From Octopus sinensis (lineage: Eukaryota): DNA of 64,000 nucleotides. The notes below the pieces were generated by a model that did no database searches, had not been told where the DNA came from, and was given only the letters and a program-made list of their open reading frames with translations. Shown one piece after another: positions 51,367 to 64,000 of this stretch (its first letter is position 1; each line of letters starts with the position of its first letter). The stretch covers positions 69,874,001-69,938,000 of the forward strand of contig NC_043008.1 of NCBI RefSeq assembly GCF_006345805.1, in the 5' to 3' direction. The position numbers and the translations under genes were made by a program.

Positions 51367-51749
51367 TATGTATGTATGTATGTATGTGAGAGAGAGGCTT
51401 CTTTCAGTTTCCAACTATCAGATCCACTCCCAAGATGTTGGTCAGCTCAAGGCTAGTAGAAGACACTTGCCTGAGGTGCCATGCAGTTGGATTGAACCTA
51501 CAACTTTGTGGTTGAGAAACAAGCTATTCAACCACACATCCACTCTTGCACCTATATATGAGGCTGAATGGACCTACTCTGAGAAAGAGGAAAGAAACCG
51601 GAAGCTGACACTTAACCTTTTTTTAATTATTTATTTATTTTGTCCTTTCATTATATGTAAACCCCAACACATTATGTCTATTTTGCATTGTCCACCTCGT
51701 CTTTTGCTCTGGTGGTAAATAAACAAAATCATCATCATCATTATTATAA

Positions 51750-51950
51750 AGGCAGTGAGCTGGCAGAATCGTTAGCACCACTGGGTAAAATGCTTAGTGG
51801 CATTTCGTCTGTCTTTACATTCTGAGTTCAAAATTCTACAGAGGTTGACTTTGACTTTTCAGGGTTGATAAATTAAATACCATTGAAGCACTGGGATTGA
51901 TGTAATTGACTAGTCCCCTCCTCACAAAATTTCGGGCCTTGTGCTTTTAG
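51750..51950 (+). mobile_element. tRNA-derived SINE (5049 family)
   Basis: ggcagtgagctggcagaatcgttagc…ttctgagttcaaa…. Confidence 0.8.
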
Positions 51951-51954
51951 TAAA

Positions 51955-53460
51955 AAGTCGTCGACCCATCACCTTTTCCAAATAGTTGCGTGAAGTGCTG
52001 CTGAAAAGCCATACACATCTGCTCAGAATCAAGTAACTCACACCCATCCGGATCCAGCTCTTTGATGGATCAGGATGTGTGCATGCTACTCGGCTCTGAG
52101 CAGATGTGTACAGCTTTTCAGGAGCACTTTGTGTGACTATTTGAAAGGGCATTAGGTCGACGGTGGTACTGAACTTTAGTTCATACCTGAATGGCTTGTC
52201 TTGGCTCTTGGCAGCTGGCATGAAGTTGTGTGAAAAGATGATAACAGCTGCTGAAATTCGAGAGGTGATGAACAGTTGCATAAGCCGCAGATCACCTGGT
52301 TTTGATGGTCTGCCCTATGAATTCTATGTATTTGTTTGGTGACCTCTTGGCAGACGTCTACTACAACTGTCAACAGAATGGGAGAATTCCTAGTGTTGTT
52401 GGCAGAGGTGTGGTGACACTGCTGAGGAAAAATGCAGACAATAGTGACATACTAGAGGATTTTTGGCCCTAACTCTGCTAAACACAGCATTTAAGATTTT
52501 GGCCGAGGTGTTATTGAAAGGCTGGTGCTTGTCACCAGTAGCCTGGTCAGAGAAGCGCAAATGTGCGCAATCTTGAGCAGGTCTATCCATGGCAACTTCC
52601 ACCATATGCAATACATGATAGAGAGAACTGGGACAAAATCCTGCTTTGGGGGAGCTCTGATCAATTTGGATCAATGAAAAGCATTTGATAGGGTTGACCA
52701 TCGGTACTTGGAAGCCATCCTGAAAGCAAGCAGTTTTGGACCCGTTTTGAGATAAACTCTACAGGCACGGATGTGCCGTCAGATGGACTTGTCCAAGGTT
52801 CACACAGAGTGAAGAAACTGTTCTGCATGCACTTGTTCAGTGTCTAGGCGTTGCTGACTTGTCGGTTTATGTCGAACAGTTGCTGTCATGTGTGTGATGC
52901 ATCCATCTGTCAGCTGAGCCACCAGTGATGATTACTTCACCACCCTCCATCAATCAGGCAGGCCAGCAGTTTTCCTTTGCCTGGTGGCTGTAGTGAAAGA
53001 GGTTGTTTGCTGGACAAGGCTGAAAACCATGAGAACAGATACATTCCTCTTTGGTAGAGCTCTCATTAACTTCTACAAGTTTCACTTGAAAAAGAAATTG
53101 AGAGCGGAGAGGGAAGTGCTGTCCCTGAGTGAGTTTATTGAAATAGGGGGATGCAAAAATGGCAAGAGGAGATGGTACCTCTCTTAGTGTAGACTTGTAA
53201 GTCGGAGAGAAGGAATTTGAGTGTTCAGGGAAATCTTGGACTGATTATCCCTAGAGATCATCCTGTATATCTCTATCATTGCCCCCCCCCCCAACCTTTT
53301 TCTTTCTTCTTATTTTTTATTAAACCTTTGTATACTATGTATATGTCCCTTCTTTTTCAGTGTATACTGTGTATACTTACCCTTTATTTTCTATCACTGC
53401 ATTGTATGTCTTGTATTGTACCCCTCATCCTTCACCCTTGTGGTAAATAAATAAAATCAT
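51955..53460 (+). mobile_element. Tx1/L1-clade LINE relic: RT N-terminal half joined to ORF2 C-terminus, 3' UTR and (ATT)n tail
   Basis: RSPGFDGLPYEFY…LTLLNTAFKILA…INLDQ*KAFDRVDHRYLEAIL; then VKEVVCWTRLKT…LINFYKFHLKKKLRAER; ends ggtaaataaataaaatc(att)n. Confidence 0.85.
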
Positions 53461-53484
53461 TATTATTATCGTTATTATTACTAC

Positions 53485-53525
<41 letters not shown>

Positions 53526-53699
53526 AGAGTAATACTCTCATTATTATCATTATGATTATCATTACCATCCTTATAATCATCATCATTATTGTTGTTGTTG
53601 TCATCATCATCATTATTATTGATATGATTATTATCATTGTCCTCATCCTTGTTGTTATTATCATTATGATGATGATGATGATGATAACAGTTATAATGA

Positions 53700-54200
53700 A
53701 GTATGTAAAGTAAAGCTCAATTACATTGTAGTACTCTTTCCCTATGAGGCATGATATAGGATATAGTGGACAGAATTCTATCTAATGTAATTTGTAGGAA
53801 GTTCTGAGGATCAATATGCAAGAAGTTGCAGTGATATAGAGGGCATAATGACTGAGAAAATGAAAAAATAATGGTAGAATATTCTTGTCAAAACTTCTGT
53901 AAAATGTAGACTTAACAGACCAAACATAATGGTCTGGGGCAGAAAAGGAATTGTGCACAGTAGTGGAAATTAGTTGTCTAGCAGATGTTAACACTATGCT
54001 TGAGATAAAAGTAAAAAGAATACATCTATGTCAAAGTAATGAAAAAATCTGCAGATATTCCAACTGGGTTATGACTTTAGATTTAAACTGGTAATTATTG
54101 GAGTATGGTGCTTGCTTCTGTAACTAACTGCTTCAACACCCAATTCTGGCAAAACTGGAATTCACCAAACTAGAAAGGACATGGCTAATTAAGAAATTTA
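53700..54200 (+). mobile_element. R4/Dong-clade RLE-domain relic
   Basis: PMRHD (zinc-knuckle RHD), RPNIMVW, ELCTVVEISCLADVN (PD…E.K-type RLE), FRFKLVIIG. Confidence 0.65.
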
Positions 54201-54333
54201 CGACTGTAAGCCATTAATGGAACTGTGAAAGTTGTAAAATATTGCAGAAGTTTAGCATATAATACAGTCATATGTGTACATTCTCTGCACATGTACACAC
54301 ATATGTAGGCATACATAGATGCATACATATGGG

Positions 54334-54367
<34 letters not shown>

Positions 54368-54574
54368 TGTTATCAGATGCACATAGTCCGTGTATGTGTT
54401 TTGATAGTTTGCTAGTAATCTGCAGTATAGTATGTTGGGGATGACTCTCTCATAACTCTGGGTGTTGCAACACCTGAAAGTCATAGACAGGTGAGACAAC
54501 CCGCTTTCAATTCCAATCAAGGGAGATGGATACTGATATTTTGCCATTTTTGTGTGTGTGTGTATATATATATA

Positions 54575-54790
54575 TATAAAGTTAATCCAAACATGAAAAC
54601 ACAACAATGCGAGGACGTGGAACAAATATAATATTATTGGACACTCAGGAAGGAAGGGAAGAAGGAGAGTTTAACGTTTCGAGTGGAGCTCTTCATCAGA
54701 AACATAGGAAAAGGAAAGATCCAGAGAAGAGAAGACGGAGGAAAAAAAATCGCCAACGGTACACATGCGGCCACATTTTGAATGATATAT
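54575..54790 (-). mobile_element. Short hammerhead-bearing element between (TA)n runs (Penelope pLTR/retrozyme-like)
   Basis: CpG-retaining ~215-bp unit bounded by (TA)n on both sides, containing the HHR motif. Confidence 0.65.
54669..54703 (-). ncRNA. Minimal type-I hammerhead ribozyme motif
   Basis: Minus strand gttt-CTGATGA-a-GAG-ctcca-CTC-GAAA-CGTT-aaac: stem I gttt/aaac, stem II GAG/CTC, palindromic stem III (AACGTT), GUU cleavage triplet. Confidence 0.7.
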
Positions 54791-55284
54791 ATATATCATT
54801 ATCATCATTTAACACCTATCCAAGTTAAGTATATGTGGTTGGTGTTAGGAAACACATCCAGCCATAAAATCCCAGCCAAAACAGACACTGTAGCTTAGGG
54901 TAGTTTTTCTACCTAGCTGGCGCCTTGTCAACTGTCTTACACATGCATGCACGGAAGATGGACGTTAAACAATGATGATGATGAGGATATATGTATATAC
55001 CATAATCATCATTTAACATCCATGCTGGTATGGGTTTGATAGAACTCTGTAGGTTTGAAGACTGCATTGTGCTCTAATGACTGGCTTGTTATGGTTTCGG
55101 TGGTTGGCTATCTTTCCTAATGTCAACTCATAGCCTGAGAGTTCAACATAGTGTTGACTATACCCAATAAATGCACATAAACATATACATTCATACTCAT
55201 GTATATATACATGTACATACGTTCATACTCATATATATATATTTATGATGATATATACATACATACACATATATATACACACAT

Positions 55285-56150
55285 GTAGAATAAAAGTAGG
55301 TTGGGCAAAGTTAAGAGAGCTCCTACATCTGTTGGTAACAAAGGGCCTCTCCCTCAAAATGAAAGGCAGATTGTATGATGCCTGCATAGGAATAACCATG
55401 CTACATGGCAGGGAAACATATGCTGTGACTGACAAGGACATGCATAGGCTTGAAAGAAATGAAGCTAGTATGCTTTGCTGGATGTGCAATGTCATTGTGC
55501 ATGTACAACAGAGTGTAAGCATCGTTAGAGAAAAGTTGGGCATAAAACGCATCAGATGTGTGCAAGAGAGTTGATTGCACTGGAATGGTCATGTGGTGTG
55601 TATGGACAAGGACAGCTGTGTAAAGAAGTGCCAATCTGTAACTGGAGGGGGAACCTGTGGTAGAAGTAGACCCAGTAGTGAAGCATGATCTTTGAACTTT
55701 GAGCCACACAGAGGCAATGACTTGTGACCGAGACCTTTTGCATTATGTTGTGTTTTAGAAGACCATTAATTGCAGTCGTCAGTGTTGCATAACTAGCACC
55801 TGTGCGAGTGGCATGTAAAAAGCACCTTTTGAGTGTTAGGCTTCACAGAGGCAATGACAAATGACTGAGACTTTTGGCAATATGCTGTGCTTGAGAAGGA
55901 AGGTCCATCAAACCAAGTAAAACCACAGTCATGACAGATGCTGGTATCACACAACTGGCACCCGTGCTGGTGGCACATAAAAGCATCCATTACATTCTCA
56001 GAGTGGTTGGCATTAGGAAGGACATCCAACCATAGAAGCCATGCCAAATCAGATTGCAGTTTAGTGCAGCCCCTCAGCTTGCCAGTGCTGGTCAGACCAT
56101 CCTACCAATGCCAGCATGGACAAATAGATACTAAATGATGATGATGACGA
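55285..56150 (+). mobile_element. 5'-truncated RTE LINE, degraded, with 3' UTR and (GAT)n tail
   Basis: WAKLRELLHLLVTKGLSLKMKGRLYDAC…RNEASMLCWMCNV; same family as 29661-30835, with disruptions. Confidence 0.9.
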
Positions 56151-56829
56151 TGACATATATACAGATGCACACAATCTCTTGCATATCCTAGTCTATCATT
56201 TTGAGTAAAAGAAAGAAACATTTAGTAATATAATCTTAGGTACATTATTCCTGTCGATGGTGTGTTCATAGCTGGAATGCCAAAATACCATTGCATATGA
56301 ATTTATTGAGTTAGAACTGAGTTAGGATTAAACAAGAACAGTAACAACAAACCATTAAAATAAAGAAAGAATTTTTTCTTCTATTATTTAGTCAGGAAGG
56401 AACACCAGTACCCATGACCAGTTACAGGGCTTCCAAGACTTCTAGAAGGGATAGAGGGAGGGACAAAGGTATCCTGAAATTGGAAACCTGGTTTGAATGC
56501 TTGCAACTGGGTGGTACCCTTCATTAAGTTAGCCAGGGTGCTATCAGCATGCAAAGAATTTAGTCTACCACCAAAACAGGACATAGCAAGATTTGAACTC
56601 AGAACGCATTGAAAAAGAACACATACTGCAATGCTTCCATTTCCAACATTCTTATAGTTCTGCTAATCCACTAACTTCGATCAGAACTTGTTTCCCCCCC
56701 CCCCCAAAAAAAAAAAGTGGTTAAAAAGACAGAGTTGAAATTTGAACTCGGAATGCAGAGAGTTGGAGGAAATACTACAAAGTATTCTGTCCAATGCTCT
56801 GATGACTCTGCCAATTCTCTGACATAAGT

Positions 56830-58370
56830 TGATAGGAAATCTATTGATTTGATGTTATTCATGATTGATCAAGTTGCTATGGTCACCTCACATAAATAGA
56901 ACCATCACGTTTTTGGATATTGAATGTCTTCCTTGTATCAATTATCAATCATCTACAAATGGAAGTTAGTAAGATCAATCGAAATGATGACGCACAACCA
57001 AAATGGATCACCTGTTTCAAATGAACATCAACAGACGACAGAAAAACATTGGATATTATCATGAGATGAAAAGGGAATAATGAATTCATGAAATGTCAGC
57101 TATGACTTCATGATAGACTATCCAGAATCTACAGGAACTGTCAACAGGAGACACTCATATATAAACTAATAACCCTTAAACATGAACTACAAGTGGTAAG
57201 TTAAAAGCTTTGTGGCCATAGAAAATTACAAAAAGAAAAGAAGTGGGAAGGGGAAGCTTAATGAACCAAAAGTTTTTATTAAACTCTCAAACTGTATATT
57301 ATTGCATGTGAAGTCATTATTCTCAAAGATGTAAATACTCCACCCTATTGATCTGAAATCACTCTGTGAGGCAGGGAAACTAGAATCTAAATAAGTAGTG
57401 GTGTAGTGGAGTTAAACAAGCTACAGAGGGAGTACAATGTAAATGTCTCACCTGTAGCAGTTGAGCATCACAAGTGAAATTCTCTGCATAGTTGTTCTGA
57501 AACTACTGAATGGAAAATCACCTGGGAGAGACTTGATAGGTGCATATTCATATGAGAAGCCCATGTTTTAAAGGAAAGTCCCCATTAACTAGTTTAAAAT
57601 GCATTGGATGTTTGGCAAAAAATTACAAGGTCTGTAATATGCTTAAATGTTATGTGTGAACTTACACAGATTACTTGGAGGTGTTTATCTAGGATCACTG
57701 TGAAACAAACAACATTGTGACTAAGGAACAGGCAGATGAGAAGAAGGGAATCTAAAGTTATTTCAAGCAACTTCTCATCAACAAAGTTGTCCTTAAGGAA
57801 ATAAGAACAGCATTGGTGATCTCCAATAACAGTACAGTTATAATATAAGAAGACATTTCATTCTGTCCACTCCTCATAGATCAGTGCATCACTGCTTTTC
57901 CAACATTCTAGCTATTCTGCAAAATGCTATTAAAAGACTGACTACATCATGGTTCACTCAGAAGATATGAAGTATAAAGAAATGAAGCAACTATTAAAGT
58001 CTCAAACAGAATCAAGTTATTGTCAGGGGTACTCCAGAGTGATAACTAATCAGTTCTGCTAGTAGTCCTGGCAATGAGTGCCTTGTCAACCTGTTGAGAA
58101 AATACCAAGGCTGCTTTCTTGGATCATGAAGGGATTGTCACCTTTATCTCTTTTGTTGATGAGTTAAATTTATATTCAGGTAGCTTTCATGATACCAACA
58201 GACAGAGCTGGTCAAAACATTCTGATGAGATATGGCTATGGAGTTTGATTACTATAACGGTTCATACTTGGTAGTCATCAAGGAAAGATTATTGATCAGA
58301 CAAAGAATATGGAAATCAGGGGTTTGTTATCTGCATCTTATTTCTACTGATGAATGTAGCAAATGTCCTA
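56830..58370 (+). mobile_element. R4/Dong-clade reverse-transcriptase relic
   Basis: KSPGRDLI; DHCETNNIVTKEQADEKKG…QLLINKVVLKEIR; LSGVLQSDN; FVDELNLY (YxDD equivalent); many stops and frameshifts. Confidence 0.75.
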
Positions 58371-59369
58371 AAATAATGATTAATGGCATAGGAAGGGTAT
58401 CCATCTGTAGAAACCAAGCCAAAACAGACTATAGAACCTGGTGAGGCCCCTGGCTTTGCCAGTTCCTGTCAAACTGTCTAACCCATGCCAGTATAGAAAA
58501 TGGACGTTAAGTGTTGATGATGGTGACGATGATGATGTTGCCATACATTGTTGATGGATTAGCAGAAATGTTAGATCAAGCGAAATGGCATGCAGTATGT
58601 TCCAGCTAATTACATTTTGAGTTCTAGGCCTGATCAGGTCAACTTTACATTTCATCCTTCCAAGTACACATAACAGCCTGGCATTGCTGAGATCTTTAAG
58701 AAAGAAAATAATAAACCCACTCACATACTTTAACCCATTAATGTTCAGATTACTCAGTCAAATATAATACTCATTTATTTAAATCATTTGGAATTAATCA
58801 TGCATAACTTCGTAGCTTCAGGACTTTAATGATGTGACTGCTTTGTGACATAAGACAGTAAGAATATTTGGACTAGATATGGCCAGTTCAATTGCTAAAT
58901 GGTTAAAAGACTGATTTGATAGACTTCAGTGTAGAATGTTTTGATTCTCTGTGCTGTGAGTTCAAATCCTGCTGAAGTCGACTTCCTCTTATATATTTTT
59001 TGGGCGGGGGGTGGGGCTGTAAATAATCACCAGTTCTGAGTGGTGGATTGGCAGAGTTGTAAGGACATTAGACAAGATTCTTTGTAATATCTGTTCTTTC
59101 AATTTGTATTCTGAGTTCAAATCCTGCTTCATCACTAGAAAAATGGTGACATTTTTGCCAGTTGTAACTGGCAGGTATCAGCCACCACTGTTGTCAGTGC
59201 CACTACACCATTACCACTGCTATCACTACTACCACACATCCTTCACATCCAATCAATTAGCTCCACCCTAAGGATTTGCAGAACATTCCGACAATTCTTC
59301 ATTTGATCCTTTCAGGAGAAATATATGCATGCTAACGTATATAGGAATATAGCATAATACATAGAGACA

Positions 59370-59398
59370 TTAATATGTATATTACATTTATGCATGTT

Positions 59399-59434
<36 letters not shown>

Positions 59435-59860
59435 ACATGTGTACAAACATATATACATTCATACACACAAACTTATGTGCATATAAATCTACGTACAAAT
59501 GTGTACATGCATTCATATGCACACACATACATACACACAAGCAGACATACATATCTACACACACACACATATACAGAATGCATGCATACAAACATGCATA
59601 CATGCAAATAGCATGCCTATATGCACACACATATACACATATGCATATACACACCCATATGTTCATACACACAAACATACCTGCAGATTTCCATACATAC
59701 ATGTATGCATACATAAAAAGCCTGCACAAAATCATATTCTAAAGAGATATATATATATATAACCATTGTATAGATATAAACACAAATGCAAATACCAACA
59801 AGATAAGCCCACATACACTCACCCACACGTATGCTGACTTGAACTCTAACTTGCGTATTC
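59370..59860. repeat. (CA)n/(CATA)n degenerate microsatellite
   Basis: Direct reading. Confidence 0.85.
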
Positions 59861-60644
59861 ACAAATCCCTAGAATTGTCTTGTCACTCTGATAGTGACTA
59901 GCTTAAATTCTGTGATGGAGAATTTAAATAAATCTCAAAGAAAACACACATACACACATGCATGAACATGCATACTCACAGATATATAATACATACCTAT
60001 GTATTAATAAATCTTTTATGCTTCCGTTTCAAGATGTTGCTTTGACTTTTCAAATATGACCAGAAAAGAATATAAATTGCAAGTAAAATACAGAAAGAAA
60101 AAGAAAATTTACAAAAATAAAAAATTAAAATTAAAATAAAAGGGAAAAAACACACAAAAAAAAACAGCAGAAAAAAAAAGCAAACATGAAAAGCTAGAAC
60201 TTCAAAACTTCAAAATCAGGAATGAAGAGAAAGATCAGAATTCTCTAAGAATTAATGACAGAAATAGTGAAATCATCAATCACTACAAGAAGGAAATTTG
60301 CATAATTGACTTAAGAGATGTGACACATCAACTACTATTAAGAGCAAGAGAGCAGCGTGTTTGCTATTACAAGAGATCGAAAGGTTATTTGTACGTCATG
60401 TGAATGTATCATTTCAATATGGCTGCAAAGAGTTAAATATCTTTAAATTTGACACCAGTTTTATCTACAACAACAACTAACTACTGCTGCTGCAACTGCT
60501 ACTGCTGTTATTTCTGACTGATCCAAAGATGGTACCATGATGGAATCAGTAAAATCTCAGACTAAAATGCTAAAATGTTTTGCAGTATTAGATGTTCAGT
60601 TACGTATCTTTTTCTGTTTTATGTATCTTTTTCTGTTTTATAGT

Positions 60645-60900
60645 TTTCTTTTCATTGGTTGTTGTGACGTGGCCATGCTGGGGCACTGTCTTGAAGGATT
60701 TTAATAAATCATATGATCATATCAATCCCAGTATTATAAGCCTGGTACTTAGTTTATTGATTTCTATTTGTCAAACAGTTATGTTATGGGACATAAATAC
60801 AGAACAGTATTATTTTACATTAAGACAGGGTTAAGACAGACAAACACATACAAAATACACCCACACATGCACACATGTCTACACAGGTATTGGCTATGTG
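60645..60900 (-). mobile_element. CORE-SINE (OR2-like) fragment
   Basis: gtggccatgctggggcactgtcttgaagg…agacaaacacatac. Confidence 0.65.
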
Positions 60901-60999
60901 GTTAAGAAATCTGCCTTAGCTCCATGTTCTTTCATGTTTGCTACATCTGTAGCACTGGGGCAGATGGATTCTGCTATAAACTCATGGTGACAGAAGCCT

Positions 61000-61430
61000 T
61001 CATCATTATCATCATTCAATGTCCATTGTCTATGCCGGCATGATGGGTTAGATGGTTTGACCAGAGCTGGCCAGCTGGAGAGATTCACCAGGCTCCAGTT
61101 AGATTTGGCTTGTTTTCTATGGCTGGATGCCCTTCCTAACACCAACCACTTTACAGTGTGTGCTGGGTGCTTTTACATGACACCAGCACGAGTGTTTTTT
61201 ACGTGACACAGTACTCTTGTAGGCCAACTCGCTTCACCAGAGAATGCAGTCTTAACACTTCTGTTGAGCAGTATGGCTCTTCTTAAGTACAGCAAGGTAC
61301 CAGGCATCTTGGTCCTTTGTCATCTCATATGAAATGTTCAGCATCCTGAGGTTGTCCTTCAGCACTTCCACCCATGTTGTCCTGGGTGTCCCGCTTCCAC
61401 TTGTTCCATCTACTTTGAAAAATCAGTGTT
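61000..61430 (-). mobile_element. 5'-truncated RTE copy
   Basis: Tail ggatgcccttcctaacaccaaccac…tgcttttacatg plus C-terminal relic VDGTSGSGTPRTTWVEVLKDNLRML. Confidence 0.75.
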
Positions 61431-63296
61431 CCATCTACTGTGTGAGAGGAATTGGATGATAGAAATTATAGAAAGTCTATTGTATATGTGTATGGTGTGT
61501 GTGTGAGAGAGCATTATCTAGATATCATATGTGTACTGCATAAAATCAAAGACATTGACTACATTACAGTATCTTTATTCATAATTTGTTGCAAAAAGAA
61601 AACCCTGTCTAGCCATTGAGCTGTTTATTATTCAAAGGACATAGTACCTTACTGGGAAACAAAGATGCGTTGGTGATTGGGAGGACATCTGGACATAGAA
61701 AAACTGCTTCAACATTTCATCTGACCCATGCCAACATGGAAAAGTAGACATTAAAATATTGACACTGATGATAATAACACCCGATGGGCTTCTGCTTGGT
61801 TTCCAACTACCAGTTTCTTTCATATTATATTGGTCAGATGGAGGCTATATTAGAAGACACTTATCCAAGAGACTGCATCATGCTCCAATGTATACAGAGG
61901 CATGGATTTCTATGGCTAACAGCAACAACTTTTCAGTGTGTACTGGGTACTTTTCTGTTGCACCAGTGCTGATAATGTCATCATGCAATTTACAAGGCTA
62001 TGATCTTTCACTGAGCAGGACTACAGTAGGAGGGGAGGTAGTTTTATGCAATGGGTTAAGGGGTTAAAGTGAGAGAGAAAGGACCAGAACAAGTTTCTTG
62101 TTGCAAGAGAAACACGAGAGAGATATGAGATATAATAAAGTTGCAAGAGTATGGGGGAGAGGCAGGCACAGTGTTGGAAAGAGTGCAAGATGTATTGAGG
62201 TGAACAAAAAAAAAGATAATTTGGTGGCATAGGAAGGTGATCAATGTAAAATGTAAGTGGAAAGGACAGTATTAAAAATGGGGGATGAATATCAAGTGAA
62301 GGTTTTTCAGTATTGCAGAAGACAAATAGCATTATGTAAAGCTTGTGAAATATGCAGTTTTCTTCCCATTTAATTACTGTAGTAGAGTAGTGCAGTTAAA
62401 GAGATGATAATTGGTGGGATGTCTTGAGGAAATTGGGCAAGGGGCCCAAATGTGCGCACATACACAATTTGCTGTTTTCAGAATCCTTTGTCATCTCTTA
62501 TGTGTGGTTCAAATTCCTGAGATCAGCATTCACCACTTCATCCCATATCTTTCTGGCTCTTCCTTTTCTGCAAGCTCCTTTCACAAGGATGCAGGATTAA
62601 GTTTATAATTTGCTAACTGAATATATTACAGTGGATACCTTATGTAATGTGTATATTTGGAAAAATGGGTGTCTTGTATAACTCTATCATCTCACTCTGA
62701 CACACATACTCTCTCCCTTTCTTATTCACTGCTATAAGAGATATTATTGGACCAAATATCTGTATTCAATACCATTCCCATTATTCACACTACTGTGCAT
62801 ATCTCTCTCACCATGAGGCCACATGTGTGTAATAGGAATTGCATTCAATCTTTTTGTGCTCAATACACTCTTCTATCACTCCATCATGCCATTGCCCACC
62901 TCTGTTACTGTCAGTTACTCTCTCTCTACCACACTCTTACCATCACTCATTTGCTGCCATCACTCTACTTTCTACTGCTTGCTCATTCCTGCTCTTCTGC
63001 CATAGAGCTCTCTACTTTCCACCTTCTTGAGCAATGTCTCAGCAATATACCATAGAATAGTGAGAACTTTATAGTTTTATGAGGTACAAGGCAACCTCAA
63101 TAGTGCTGATGTCATAATGATATGCATTCAATATATTCTGTAAATCTGTAAATTAATTGGTGATAAAAAGATACCCAACCATAGCAATATATGCGTGAGA
63201 TAAAGTGCACATTCTAAGAGGGTAGAAACATTGAATGAATACTGATTTAGACTGTACCAACCTGTCCAACCCATGGAAGATGAAAATATATATACC

Positions 63297-63337
<41 letters not shown>

Positions 63338-63534
63338 AGTGTGAGGGATTAACAATCTGGGCAAAATATTTCATAACCTCACTGTTGGCACCATTTGCGT
63401 AAGCCTATCAGTAACGTACCTATAATGACTTCCAGAAACAGCTGTAAGCCAAATGTACTCTAATAAAAGAAAAATATGTAATGACCATTATTATAACTTG
63501 TCTTATATATGTGTATATATATATATATATATAT

Positions 63535-63870
63535 GAAGGCACATGGCTCAGTGGTTAGAGCGTCGAGCTTATGATCGTGAGGTTGTGAGTTCGAATTCTG
63601 GACCGGTCTGCGTGTTGTGTTCTTGAACAAGACACTTTATTTCATGTTGCTCGAGTTTACTCGGCTGTAGGAATGAGTAGCGGTGTCACAGGTGACAAGC
63701 TTTATTGGCTGTTACCTTTCCCTCGGATGACATCAGTGGTGTGGAGAGGAGAGGCCGGTATGCATGGGCGACTGCTGGTCTTCCATAAACAACCTTGCCC
63801 AGACTTGTGCCTGGGAGGGTAACTTTCTAGATGCAATCCTACGGTCAGTCATGACCAAAGGGGGTCTCAG
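63535..63870 (+). mobile_element. tRNA-derived CORE-type SINE (OR1-like)
   Basis: gaaggcacatggctcagtggttagagcg (A box)…gagttcgaattc (B box)…gttgtgttcttgaacaagacactttatttc. Confidence 0.85.
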
Positions 63871-64000
63871 CAGCATATATATATATTTATTGATAGTTTG
63901 CTTAGGCATAGTGATACAAATAACCTGGTGTTAGAACTCGATATACATATGCTTCAGTACAAAGCGTCAGTTTATAGAGCGGTAATAAGAAATTGGAATA

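Noticed and set aside
60165-60410. ~80-codon ATG-less plus-strand open frame
   Set aside because: A-rich composition, no acceptor, no recognisable motif; may be UTR or intron.

Overview
AT-rich eukaryotic DNA saturated with microsatellites and transposable elements. The SINE, LINE and mariner repertoire looks like an Octopus (coleoid cephalopod) genome; this assignment is inferred from repeat families recalled from memory, not from a database search. No complete or nameable host gene can be supported, and most ORF-track entries are translations of (TA)n, (CA)n or (CAT)n repeats or of TE debris. Well-supported content: dozens of tRNA-derived and CORE-type SINEs; 5'-truncated RTE LINEs, one with a still-open ~210-codon frame; relics of Tx1/L1, R4/Dong, CRE-like, RTE/RTEX-like and Penelope retroelements; a fold-back mariner built from two 5' ends; a DD34D mariner nested in a DD37D (maT) element; mariner and hAT MITEs. 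The best leads are (i) a minimal type-I hammerhead ribozyme motif at 54669-54703 (-) inside a short TA-flanked element and (ii) a set of minus-strand candidate exons. These comprise a signal-peptide-like exon, a tandemly duplicated 70-nt exon that could be mutually exclusive, a 13-nt micro-exon with a terminal exon, and a Cys-cluster tail. They may outline small lineage-specific secreted-peptide gene(s) but are unverified. Repeat boundaries were set by eye and are approximate.
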